From the human T2T-CHM13v2.0 reference genome, Homo sapiens: a stretch of DNA of 64,000 nucleotides. Location of the stretch: the NCBI RefSeq assembly GCF_009914755.1, contig NC_060926.1; one strand, given 5' to 3'. Position 1 is the first letter of the stretch; every line of letters starts with the position of its first letter. The position numbers and the translations under genes were made by a program. Below are positions 38,780-51,100 of this stretch, one piece after another. The notes below the pieces were generated by a model that saw only the letters and a list, made by a program, of their open reading frames with translations, searched no databases and was not told the origin of the DNA.

Positions 38780-39067
38780 CTTGTACTTTCACTTTAATTT
38801 CTGCTTTTGCAGAACCAGATGCATTTTTGGCTTCCACTGTGTATACACCACGATGGTCCCGAGTAGCATCTCTAACAAATAGGCTGGTGGATCCAAGTAC
38901 GTCGGTTATTTCCATATTCATCCTCTTTTCGATTTCCACTCCATCTTTGAACCAAGTTACTCGAGGCACTGGTCTTCCTTGTACCAAAGCTTTAATTCTA
39001 AGGCTCTCTCCGGACTTAATAATGAGACCATCAAAGTATTCAGGGCCAAACTCTACTATTGGTGGAA
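38780..39067 (-). CDS. TTN: Titin exon 338 (288 bp; Ig A138)
   Basis: ttatag|TT...AAG|gtactt. Confidence 0.95.
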
Positions 39068-39760
39068 CTATAAAAGAAAGAGAAATACTATGTATTAGTT
39101 TGGCTTAATAAAGACATACATAAATATATATTTTTCAGTAGTGCCATATCACAAGGCCAGGAAGAGTAGTGACTTCTACTGTGCTACCAAAGCCTATTTT
39201 GAAAGTAGGATTGATAATTGAGAATTTGGACTATGGGGTTAAATATTTGCCTATTATTATTCCCTTTGTAATGCCTGTCATGTTTTTAATTTTGCATTGC
39301 TCTTTGTAAAAAGGAAAGTGAAACATTTACAGATCATGTACTTCCTAATACTGCTGCACAGTCACACAAGTTCTTTTAAGAGGCCATCAGCTGCATTCAA
39401 GCAAGGGGATGATTGTGTTGTTGGATGTATGTTGTATTTTAATAACTTCAGTAAAGATGGACACTTATTCTCGAGAACCTTTTCTTTATGTACTGTTAAG
39501 TGGCGAAAATTACAAAGCTAAAAACTCATTCCCACTTGCTGCATGCTCTTTATATGGGAATGGAGTGAAATAATAGAAAAAATAATTGATGCCAATTATT
39601 TTTTTCTTCTTTTCATCTGAAAGGTAGAAAGACATAATTCATCCACTTAGCAACCTTGGGTAATTTGTTTCTGTTACCATTTTACAGGCCAGGGGCCAAA
39701 TGTGTTTTTTAAAAATGTGAATGCTCTTAGTCTCATTGGAAATAAGTTGTAAATGCTTAC

Positions 39761-40054
39761 CATTTTCATCTCTTGTCATAATAATGCCAGAAGACTGTGA
39801 GGGCGGGCTTATAGTTCCAACAGCATTTCTTGCAATTATTCTGAACTCATAGCGATCCCCAGGACTGAGTCCTGTAACTGTGTACTGACATTCACTGACG
39901 TCAGTAAAGTTGCATCTCACCCAGCGTTCATTTCCTTGCCGTTTCTCAATGCTATAGCCCACAATCTTACTGCCTCCATCACGCAATGGTGGGTTCCATT
40001 TAAGTGTGATGGTTTCCCGGGTGACATCAATGTAGTCAGGAGTGCCAGGTGGGT
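39761..40054 (-). CDS. TTN: Titin exon 337 (294 bp; Fn3 A137)
   Basis: ttttag|AC...ATG|gtaagc. Confidence 0.95.
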
Positions 40055-40423
40055 CTAAAAAATTATAAGGAAGGTAAATGCATCATTACATTTGTAACCA
40101 GGTCTTAATCATCCATGGAAGAACAATACAATTATTCTATAATTTTAATAAATAAGTAAAATTTTTATAATAAGTAATTTATTCAATCTCCCAAACTCAT
40201 ATTGGTCATTAATTTCAACTTTCCATTTCATAGTCTTTAAAATGAACTTCAAATTAGTTTATTAGACTGACTTAAAATAATTCCTCTTGCTTTACATGAC
40301 CAGTTCTCTAGTGACAAGAAGATATGTAAGAAGGTGATGCAGAGAAGAAAAGCATTCCTTGATATATTTGTTTCTAATATGTTCAATTGCTAAACTAAAT
40401 GTATTTGAATAATAATCACTTAC

Positions 40424-42190
40424 CTACTGGAGAAACAGCTAAGGTAAATTTGCTTGGGTCACTAGGTGAGCTTAGGCCAGCAGAATTTTCAGCATATACA
40501 CGGAATTGGTAATCCAGACCTTCTACCAGTCCAGTGGCTCTATATTCTCTTCCAGAGATTGGTGATGTATTAACTTTTTGCCAGAGGATGCTATTTCTTT
40601 CTTTCTTTTCAACATGGAATCCAGTAACTTCTGAACCACCATCATAAACTGGAGCATCCCAAGTTAGTGACATGCCATCAGAAGTCACATTGTATATAAC
40701 TGGCTTTCCTGGGGGACCAGGAATCCTGAACTGGTGTTTTGCCACAATAATGCTTGAGACAAGTGGTTGGCTGACTCCGTATCTGTTTTCTGCTCTCACT
40801 CTAAACTGGTACTCAGCATCTTTGACTAGATTAGGAACTTTGAAAGTCGTTCTGGCAACACTTGAACACACCATCTTCCAGTTAGTTTGTGAAGTTTCCC
40901 GCTTCTCGATGCTGTAACAAGTAATTTCTCCTCCTCCATTATCTTCAGGTACATCCCATGACAGGATGACACTATCAGCCTTGATTTCATCAAATCGAAT
41001 GGGTCCTTTGGGCTTTGATGGTGGGCCAAGGGTGATGACTGTAATGGGGACTGCAATTCTACACACTGCATTATCAAGAATAACAGTGTATTTTCCTCCA
41101 TGCTCCTTCTTGGCATTCTTAATACTCAAAGTAATTTTGTTTTCAGTTTTACTGAAGCGAACAAATTCACTTTCTTTCAGTGGCAAGCCATCTTTCAGCC
41201 AACTGATGGATGGTTTGGGTTTTCCCTTATAAGGTAATTCAAGGTGCACATTGTGCCCAATTCTCACAGTGACTTGTGCCCCAGGGATATCTGACAGGTC
41301 AACTTCAGGTGTAATAATAAGTTCTTTCACTGTAATTGGCCCAATAGTGACAGGATCACTCAGTCCTTTCTCATTTTTGGCAAACACTCTGAACTCCAGG
41401 ACTGACTGCTCCTTAAGTTGGCTAACCTCAATTTCACATGTCTTACTTATGCCAGCGTGGGACCACGTCTGTTCACCTTTACCTTTCCTTTCTACAACAT
41501 ATTCTGTGATGACGCTACCACCATCAAAGTCAGGTTTGGTCCAGCTGAGGATGACAGATGTCTTTGTTGAGTCTTTCATTGAGAGATCACGTATAGGAGC
41601 TGGTACTTCAGCAGCCTTCACTGGCTCTGTAGTTTCACAGGGTTCCCCAATTCCAATTTCATTTTCTGCAAGAACTCTGAAGAAGAATGGAGTCTTCTCC
41701 GACAAATCTATTAGCTTGAAGGATGTGCTAGAACATTTGTGTGACACGACAGACCATGTTCTCTTGGTGGCATCTCTCTTTTCAATGACATAATTAATTA
41801 TTGGAGATCCTCCATCAATGAGAGGAGGATCCCAGAGCAAAGTGACTGTGCCTCGAGAAACATGTTTAACCTGTAGTTTCTGGCAGGCAGCTGGTGTGTC
41901 AAGCACTTTAACACTCACAGTTGAAGACTTAGGTTCACCAACTCCATTTTCTATTGTGAGAATATATTTTCCTGTATCATTGCGAGTAACTTGAGGAATG
42001 GTGAGTAATGAGGATGAATCAGTGTTTTCAATGCTGTATCTGGCATCACTGCCAAGATTCTTCTCATCTTTTCTCCATGTGACAGTAGGTGGAGGTCTGC
42101 CTTTAAAGGGAATCAACACTTGTACATCTTCACCAGCTTTGGCAATAACAGAAGTTCTGAGAGCCACATCCAGGTCAATCTCTGGTGCCT
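40424..42190 (-). CDS. TTN: Titin exon 336 (1767 bp; A131-A136)
   Basis: ctacag|AG...TAG|gtaagt; Ig-Fn-Fn-Ig-Fn-Fn. Confidence 0.96.
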
Positions 42191-42295
42191 CTGTAGACAT
42201 AAAATGGATACATACAGTGAATTTTAAAAGCAAAAAAGAGTGATTTCCTGGAAGTATGCTTATTAAAAAACATAATCAAACCAGTAGGTACATAC

Positions 42296-42601
42296 CAAGT
42301 ATATCTTTAGCTTGTACAGGTTCATTCATTTCTATAGGTTCTCCTTGTCCAGCACAGTTTACAGCAGATACCCGGAAGTAGTAATTGACTCCAGGTTTCA
42401 GGTTGGATACCACATATTCTGTAGTTCTGACCTCTCCTTTGGTAGAGACAGTAGTCCATTCCTCTTCCTCTCCTTGTCTTATCTCGACAACATACCCAGT
42501 AACAGCACTGCCCCCATCATAGACAGGCTTACTCCAGCCAAGGGTGATGGATGACTTGGTTGAATCTGCGATTCTTATCTTAGCAGGTGGACCTGGAGGA
42601 T
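42296..42601 (-). CDS. TTN: Titin exon 335 (306 bp; Fn3 A130)
   Basis: ttccag|AT...TTG|gtatgt. Confidence 0.95.
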
Positions 42602-42707
42602 CTGGAATGGCCATTCACAATAAAATAATTACACAATCATGTACAATTTAGTCACACAGGTGAATATAGAAGACACAGGTGAAGATGCTGCAGGTATGAG
42701 CACTTAC

Positions 42708-43010
42708 CAATAGGATCAGCAGCTTTGTAGAATTCAGATGGTTCAGAAAATGGACCCTGTCCAGCAGCGTTTACAGCACAAACTCTGTATTGATAGTCAC
42801 TGTTTTCTGTGAGTCCTGTTACTTTTTGTCTGGTGTCACGGATAGTCTCTTTTAGTACTTTAAACCATCCTAGGCTCTTCTTGTCTCGTTTTTCAAGGAA
42901 ATAGCCACTTATATCACTACCGCCATCTGCAATTGGCCTGCTCCATACAACAGTCATCGAATTCTTGGTAATCTTTGTCACTTCTGGTATGCCTGGTGGC
43001 CCAGGTGTAA
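42708..43010 (-). CDS. TTN: Titin exon 334 (303 bp; Fn3 A129)
   Basis: aaatag|TT...TTG|gtaagt. Confidence 0.95.
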
Positions 43011-43246
43011 CTATTTAGAAAGGAAGGGAAAACAAGGTACAAGAATCCACATTACTGATAAATTATACCTTTGATGTTCGCATTCTTTCCAAGAACATTG
43101 GTTTTATTTTTTATATTTTTCACCTTGTGAAAAGGATGGTAATGAGACAGGTGTTATATAAAAGAAAATTAAAGCATATGCACAGGTTAGCGTAGTTTAT
43201 TTTTAAATTTTTCACGTTTCAGTTTTCTAATGAAATCATGTCTCAC

Positions 43247-43546
43247 CAAATGCGTTCTTGGCTACAACGGAATCAGATTCCAGTGGCTCGCCAATTCCAT
43301 ATTTGTTCACGGCTCGGACCCGGAAGATGTATTCATTTCCTTTGATAATTTTGGTGGTTGTAATGATGCACTCTTCCAAATGTTCAGACACCATAGACCA
43401 CACAACGCGGCTTGTCTCACGCTTTTCCACAATGTAGTGAGTGATTTTTGCACCACCATCATCAGCTGGAGGCCGCCAGAGAAGGGTGATCTTCTCAGCA
43501 GTTACAGTCTTAAATTCAATTGGTCCACCAGGTGGGCCTGGTTTGT
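43247..43546 (-). CDS. TTN: Titin exon 333 (300 bp; Fn3 A128)
   Basis: tgatag|AC...TTG|gtgaga. Confidence 0.95.
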
Positions 43547-43658
43547 CTATCAGTGAAAGGACAAAACACGATGTTAGTACTTCTTTAAAGCCTACTTGTT
43601 CAAAATTACTAAGCTTTAGGCAAATGTAATATGACAGTGGTCTGTATTCAGCACCTAC

Positions 43659-43946
43659 CAAGGATCTGTACTCTGATGGTGGCTGAGGCTGAGCCCATGG
43701 CATTCCTTAGTTTTAATTCATAGCATCCACTATTAAGGCGATCGGCATCTTTGATGAGTATAGATGCGAGGTCCGTGGTATTTTCAACACACACCAGTGC
43801 ATTGGTTTGTAATTCTTTATCATCTTTATACCACTCAATAGTAGGCGCAGGTTTGCCAGAAATGCCAGCTCTGAGCTTCACAGATGTACCTGCTCTGTAT
43901 TTGACAACTTCTGTATATTCTAGAGGCAAATCAATTACAGGACCAC
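43659..43946 (-). CDS. TTN: Titin exon 332 (288 bp; Ig A127)
   Basis: ttgcag|GT...TTG|gtaggt. Confidence 0.95.
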
Positions 43947-44704
43947 CTGCAAGAAAAACAGATGAGAAATATTTAAAATATTATAAGGATGGAAAAAAAA
44001 ATAGTTGCACCAACCTTAAAGTAAGGTCATTGGCCATTATTAAATTATACACACACACCATCATTATAATTCTATGCAATTATTATTTAAAAATTAAAAA
44101 TTTATAGGCCACTCTTCTATCTCAGATGGGGTAGAAAGACTGTGAGTTGTGCAGGGACTTAAGCACCTTTTACATGTGTTTTAAAGTCCATTAGTTGCTT
44201 TATTCCAGTGAAGAAATGGGATATGGTAGTGAGAACATCATGGAAGAAGCTGTTAAAACATTTCCTTTCACTTTAGCTTTTCTTTCCTTTTCTTCTACGC
44301 ACCTCCTATTCTTTTTCTTTTCCCATCCCAGTTCACTGATATCCAAGTGTGGATGGTTCATGTCAGACACTTAAAGTCTGAATTCTCTACCCACAGAGCT
44401 ACATAATTACTGGACAGATTTTCTGCCATGCTGTTTGGAATTATCAAGAAAGATAACTAAATTCGACTTGCTTTATACTCTCATAAACACTGATTCAGTA
44501 TCCACAAAGCCTGATTCATAAATAATGAACAGCCCTGAGATTCTCAGCATGAAGATGGAAGTGGATACTTTTGCCCAGACACTACAGTGGCTCAATTTTC
44601 TCTTAGCAAATGGAGATCTTTTAGGTAAAGTGTCACAGGATACCTGACTCTCATGACGTTTTAATTTTCAAAACATTGTTGAGTTGAATGTGCCACTTAT
44701 TTTC

Positions 44705-44912
44705 CAGAATGGTGAAGAATACGCATTTTGGACTAACCATGATAGAGAGGGCTCTGAAGTCTGTCTGTCTGAATTCCCACTCCATCCCTAACGGGGAAGT
44801 TACAAAAGCACTCTCAGCCTCAGTTTCCCTTCTATAAGATGGCTAATATGAGGGCTGTGAGAACTAAGGGAAAGAATTCATGAAAATTCCTCAATAAATG
44901 TTAGCTGCTGCT
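44705..44912 (+). mobile_element. MIR SINE
   Basis: ctctcagcctcagtttcccttctataagatgg...ctcaataaatgttagctgct. Confidence 0.65.
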
Positions 44913-44928
44913 AATACTATCATCATCA

Positions 44929-45314
<386 letters not shown>

Positions 45315-45387
45315 CTAGGAACTCAACCATGGTTTAATTATTGACTCTGATAATTTAAAACAGAATGAAAGCACCAACTCATACAAT

Positions 45388-45511
45388 CAATCATAAAAGG
45401 TTGAAGTTGGAAAGGCCCATAGATATCCTGAGGTCTAAATCTCTCACTTTACAGTCAAGTCAAGAGGGCTGGAAAGGTATTTAAGGAATTTTCCTCAGAC
45501 TCCCAGCTAGT
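45388..45511 (-). mobile_element. MIR-family fragment
   Basis: gttggaaaggcccatagatatc...tctaaatctctcactttacag...cccagctagt. Confidence 0.5.
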
Positions 45512-45641
45512 CCATAATTTCTTCCAAAAACCCCATTAAGGCACAGAGTAAAAGTTATTCTATAGGATTAGAACCAGGAAAAGGTATGCGGAAATACTGA
45601 GTTAAATAGCAATTTTGATTCAAAGTGCTAAGCATGCTTAC

Positions 45642-45938
45642 CATAAGAATCGATGCAAGTAATGGGCCCTACAACCTCAGATGGATTGCTAATGGAACCA
45701 ACAGCATTCCTAGCAAAGACACGGAATTCATACTGGGAATTCTGAGTCAAGCCAGAGATGATGAATTGAGTTTCAGTAACATTGGTGAAGCTGGCCTTGG
45801 TCCATCTGCCATCTGGAAGGTCACGTCTCTCAACAATGTAGCCTGTAATCTTGCTACCTCCATCGAAAGCTGGTTGTTGCCATGAAAGGCTGACAGAGTT
45901 CTTTGAAATATCAGTGATACGAACATTTCTTGGGGGTT
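45642..45938 (-). CDS. TTN: Titin exon 331 (297 bp; Fn3 A126)
   Basis: ccacag|AA...ATG|gtaagc; PPRNVRITDISKNSVSLSWQQP. Confidence 0.95.
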
Positions 45939-46046
45939 CTGTGGTAATAAGAGAAGCAGATTAGCGGCACTTATAATATTTTGCTTCGCAGAAGTAAGAT
46001 TTGCATTTTTGTTATCAGAACTGCCCTTCCCATGACAAATACGTAC

Positions 46047-46349
46047 CACAAGCATCAATTGCCAAGACTGGTTCAGAAGGATGGCTAGGTTTTCCAACTC
46101 CAGCAGCATTTTCTGCATACACCCTGAATTCATAAATAAGTCCAGCACTGATTGTTGTGACTTTGAAGTGAGTTGTGCGGATGACCAGTTTGTTGGCTTT
46201 TTGCCATAAAATACTGTTTCTGTCTTTCATTTCCAGGTGATAGCCTACGACTGCACTGCCTCCATTTGACACTGGTTCATGCCAGCCCACAGTGATGCTT
46301 TCTCGAGTAACATTAGTGACCCATGGTGTAGATGGTGGTCCAGGTGTTG
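46047..46349 (-). CDS. TTN: Titin exon 330 (303 bp; Fn3 A125)
   Basis: ttgtag|CA...GTG|gtacgt. Confidence 0.95.
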
Positions 46350-46441
46350 CTACAAAAGAGAGAAATCCTATAGATTAGTACAGACAATAACACATTTATG
46401 GTAAAAGAAAACCTGGATCTTTGAAAAGTTGGACAACTTAC

Positions 46442-47029
46442 TGTATGGTAGTTTGACAGTCACACAAGCTGAATCTATATGATCACTGATGCCAAAGCGG
46501 TTTTCTGCCTTGATGCGGAATTGGTATTCTTCTCCTGTGGTCAGTTTCATGACTTTCATCATGGTTCTTGCAACTGTTGCAGACACTTCAGTCCACACTG
46601 CAGTACTTGTTTCTCTTTTGAGTAGAATGTAGTTGGTAACTTGACTTCCACCGTCATACTTAGGTGGCTCCCATTTGAGAGTCACACTTTCTTCAGTTAT
46701 ATCACTAATAACAACAGGGCCAGTTGGAGGACCAGGCCTGTCTAGCACAACAATGTTAATGAAAGCTTTGGTTGTACCACTGGAGTTGGCAGCAGTGATT
46801 TCATATCTCCCAGCGTCAGCTGTAACACTTTCTTTGAGATTGATGGTCAGGTTCTCAGCAGTAATTTCGGTATTAAATCTCATGGTTGCCTTAAGGGGGA
46901 CACCATCTCTTGATAAGGTCACTTTGGGAAGTGGTTTTCCAGAGATTGGAATGTCAACTTTAAGGTTTGAACCAGCTCTAACATATACAGTGTGACTTGG
47001 GAAATTCTTCATATCAATTTCAGGTGGTT
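46442..47029 (-). CDS. TTN: Titin exon 329 (588 bp; Ig A123, Fn3 A124)
   Basis: tttcag|AA...ACA|gtaagt. Confidence 0.95.
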
Positions 47030-47134
47030 CTGAAAAATGAGTATAGAAAGTGAAAGTGAAAAAGTGTTTCTGAAAATTAACATAAATCAATGCAAATAAT
47101 TTCAAATTTTGCTTCTACACAAAATTAGACATAC

Positions 47135-47431
47135 CTAGTTGCTCCTTAATAAGAACAGGAAGCAGAAGCTCTCTCGGGTCACTCAGGCCAGCTTGATTTT
47201 CAGCAAACACTCGGAAAAAGTATTCAGAATTCTCTCTCAGACCGGAAACAACGTGATGGGTTGACTTTGCCACTGCACATTTAACCCAGTTTTTCTGTCC
47301 TTTTTCTAGTGCTTCAACGACATAGTGTACAATTCTGCTTCCGCCATCATGTTCAGGCTTCAGCCAGGTCAGGGAAACACTGTCTTTGGATATACTTGTT
47401 ACTCCAAGTTTTTCAGGTGGGCTTGGTTTTT
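47135..47431 (-). CDS. TTN: Titin exon 328 (297 bp; Fn3 A122); absent from the ORF track
   Basis: tcttag|AA...TAG|gtatgt; KPSPPEKLGVTSISKDSVSLTWLKPEHDGGS. Confidence 0.95.
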
Positions 47432-47752
47432 CTAAGAAAACAAAGCATCAAAAGAAAGTGAATAATTATTACAGCACTTTTAAATGTGCACTCTTCATGT
47501 ATTGTCAAAAGAAAACTTTTAAATGAAGGCCATATTTTTATGTTGATTTTAGTCTTCCTTTTTACATAACCCATTTTGCTTCTGAACCAACCAAGGCTCC
47601 CACAAGCTATGTCATTACATGCTATAGCATTCAAATCCAAATTAAGGGTAAAATGACCAGATTAAATGATAAAATTTACTCCAAATTCACCATGGGGATA
47701 AAAAAGAGGAACAAGATGAACAATCTTTTAAAAAACTTTATATACAATTTCT

Positions 47753-47856
47753 GTACACACGCACATACACACATATGATATATGTCATACACACATACTA
47801 TATATATATAATCTGTGTATATATATATATAAACATGTATACCTACATATATATAC
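47753..47856. repeat. (CA)/(TA) microsatellite mosaic
   Basis: acacacgcacatacacacatatg...tatatatatata. Confidence 0.8.
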
Positions 47857-48104
47857 AGTTAGATTCAATAATACTTAAATTCAACATATATTATCCAATT
47901 TTAGCTACGTAAATTTCTGTTTTTTTAATCAATGAAAGACTCTTCACTAGAGATTCCATTTTGTGCCATAGTATGAATAGTTTGGGGTGTGAAGGGTGTG
48001 AACCCAAAAGCATTTAAGATGAAATAACGACTAATTAGAATGACTCACACTATTCTAGCAAAATTAACGTGGATATGTAGAATTTCCTTATTCTTAAAAC
48101 ATAC

Positions 48105-51100
48105 CTGTTATTTTCACTCCTTCCTTTGTTTCAGCTGGTATACCAACACCAAACTCATTTTCTCCAGAGACTCTGAAGTAATAGATAGCTCCTTCTTGTA
48201 AATTGGTAACTTTGTAGGAGAGGCGGTTACAGTTGTTGGTCACAGAGACCCATGCTTTCTTGCTGGCCTCACGTTTTTCTATGTGGTAATTCTTCACTGG
48301 TGCTCCACCATCGTTTTCAGGAACATCCCAGGATAACACTGCAGACTCTTTGGTTACATCTTGCACAGTAATGTTGGTTGGAGGACCTGGGGTATCTAAA
48401 ACTTTGACAACTAAGGTCAGTGAAGCAGCACTCAAAACATTCTGAATTGTTAATGTGTACTTTCCAGAGTCATTTCTGTTGGCATTTTCAATGGTCAGTG
48501 ATGTACGAGAGTCTGTGGTATCAACATAAGCTCTAGTACGGAGGTCAGTGTCTGGCTTACTCCACAAGACATTGGGTACTGGTCTTCCTCGGAAAGGCAC
48601 AGTCATGGTAAATGAGGCACCAGCCTTGACAATCAAGGTCTTCCTCATTTCACTGTCAATATCAAATAAAGGTTCTTCTTCTCTTTCCTTTGCTATCTGA
48701 GGGTCAGAGCTATCACTGGGGTCACTAGCACCAACCTTATTGACAGATTTTACTCTGAAAACATATTCAGCTCCTGTTGTTAGTCCGCTTATTGTATATT
48801 CTGTCCCTCGTAAGCTCTGAATGGAAGTTTTCCAGTCAGTGTCATCAGATTTTTTGTATTCTACAGTATATCCAGTTATCGGGGCCCCACCATCAAACAG
48901 CGGCTTAACCCAGGCAATAGTTATAGTTGTCTTGCCTGAGTCCACAATTTTGGGTTTGGATGGAGGAGATGGTAGGAACACTGGATCTTCTGCCCTAATT
49001 AAGGGAGAGGTTTCACTTGGAAGACTTAGGCCAGCAGCATTTTCTGCATAAACACGATATTCATATTCACATCCTTCCCGAAGTCCTGTTGATTTCACTC
49101 TTAGATCATAAACTGGTTTTTTGTTTACACGCACCCATCTTAGGCTATTTTTCTCTCGCCTTTCAATTATATATCCAGATATTTCACTACCTCCATCACT
49201 CTCGGGTCTTGACCAGCAAAGTGTCATAGATTCTTTGGTCACAGAAGTAATTTCCAAAGACGTGGGTGGACTTGGAACTGTAAATGGATCTAGTGCCTTT
49301 ATAGCTACACTCTCTAGGGGCTCACCAACACCATATTTATTAACACCAGTTACTCTAAATATATATTCATTGCCTTTGAGTAACTTGGTTACTTTACAGG
49401 ATGTCATCTGTAACTCTCCTTCACATATTGTCCATGCAAGGTGGCTTGTTTCACGTTTTTCTACGATGTAATAGTCGATATCTGCACCACCATCTTCTTG
49501 GGGACGTCCCCAGGAAAGAGAGCATTTCTCAGCAGTGAGGCCATTTATTTCAAGTGGTCCTGCTGGTGGACCAGGCTTATCAAGTACTTTGCAATTAACG
49601 GCCACAGACCGAGTGCCGGCAACATTCTTCAGTGTTAGTACATATTGCCCAGTGTCTCGTCTTATACAGTCTTTAACTGTTAACAAAGTATGATTGTCTG
49701 TTGAGATGATTTCTGTTCTTGCTCTTTCTTCAATTTCTATACCATCCTTGGCCCAGGAAATTACTGGCAGAGGTCGCCCTGCAATGTCTGCATTTATCTT
49801 AAGGACCTCTCCAGCTTTGACAACAATAACGTCTCGGAACTTGACATCCATCATAACTCTTGGAGGCTCAACATCATCTTTAACTATAATAGGCCCAGTG
49901 GATTCAGATGGCTCACTAACTGAGTCAGCAGCATTCCTTGCAAAAACCCGGAATTCATAACGCTGATCTTCAGTAAGTTCAGTTACTTCAAAGTATGTTT
50001 CTTGTATATTAGTATAATTGCACTTCAGCCACCGGCCATCTGGTAGTTCTCTGCGTTCAACAATGTATCCTGTGATCTTAGCTCCACCATCATAATGTGG
50101 TTTAGACCATTTAAGTGACACTGATTTTCTTGTGATATTTGTGACTTCAGGTTGTCCAGGAGGGTCACAAGGATCTCTTGCAGGGACTGGTTCACAAGAT
50201 TTACTGCATTTACCAATTCCAGCAATATTTTCAGCATATACACGATACTCATACATCAGTCCTTCATCAAGGCCGGAGACTTTCATTTGAGTATCAGCAA
50301 TGAGGATTTTATTTGCTTTTGACCAAAGAATGCTGCTTCTTTCTTTATACTCAAGATGATAGCCAATTACTCGACTTCCTCCATCATTAACTGGCACTTG
50401 CCAGGTTACAAGCATGGTAGATTTTGTGGCATGCACAACTTTAGGAGTACCAGGAGGACCTGGGGGACTGAATGGATACTCTGCAACAACAGCTGAAGAT
50501 TCACTGTAGGAGCTCTTTCCATAGCGGTTTTCTGCACAAACACGGAACTGATACTCACTTCCTGTTGTCAGGCGAACTATTTTAATGGATGTTCTTGCAA
50601 CTGCTTGTGAAACTATGTGCCATGTTGTAGAGGTGGTTTCTTTCTTTTCAACAATGTAATTGCTAATTTGGCAGCCACCATCATATTCTGGAGGATTCCA
50701 AGAAATGGTTATGCTGTCACAACTAACCTCATCAATACGTATAGGACCTGGAGGTCCTGGTCTGTCAAGGACAATTATAGTAATAGGAACTGTTATGGAT
50801 CCAGCACTGTTTGAAACACATAATTCATAAGTTCCAACATCTTCCTTTGAAGCTTCCTTAATAGATAGTGATGTTACAGTCTTTGAAGAAGAAACATTGA
50901 CTCTAGTTGTCTCTTTAAGAGTCTGACCATCTTTTCTCCAGTTCACAGTAGCTTGAGGTCTTCCTTTGAATGGCACATCAATCTTAAGTTGTTCTCTAGC
51001 CTTTACATTGAAAGTATGGAAAGGAAGCTCAACTGAAGGCTTTATTTCAATATCCCTTGCAATTACTGGCACTCCAAGTTGTCTTGGATCACTTCTTCCC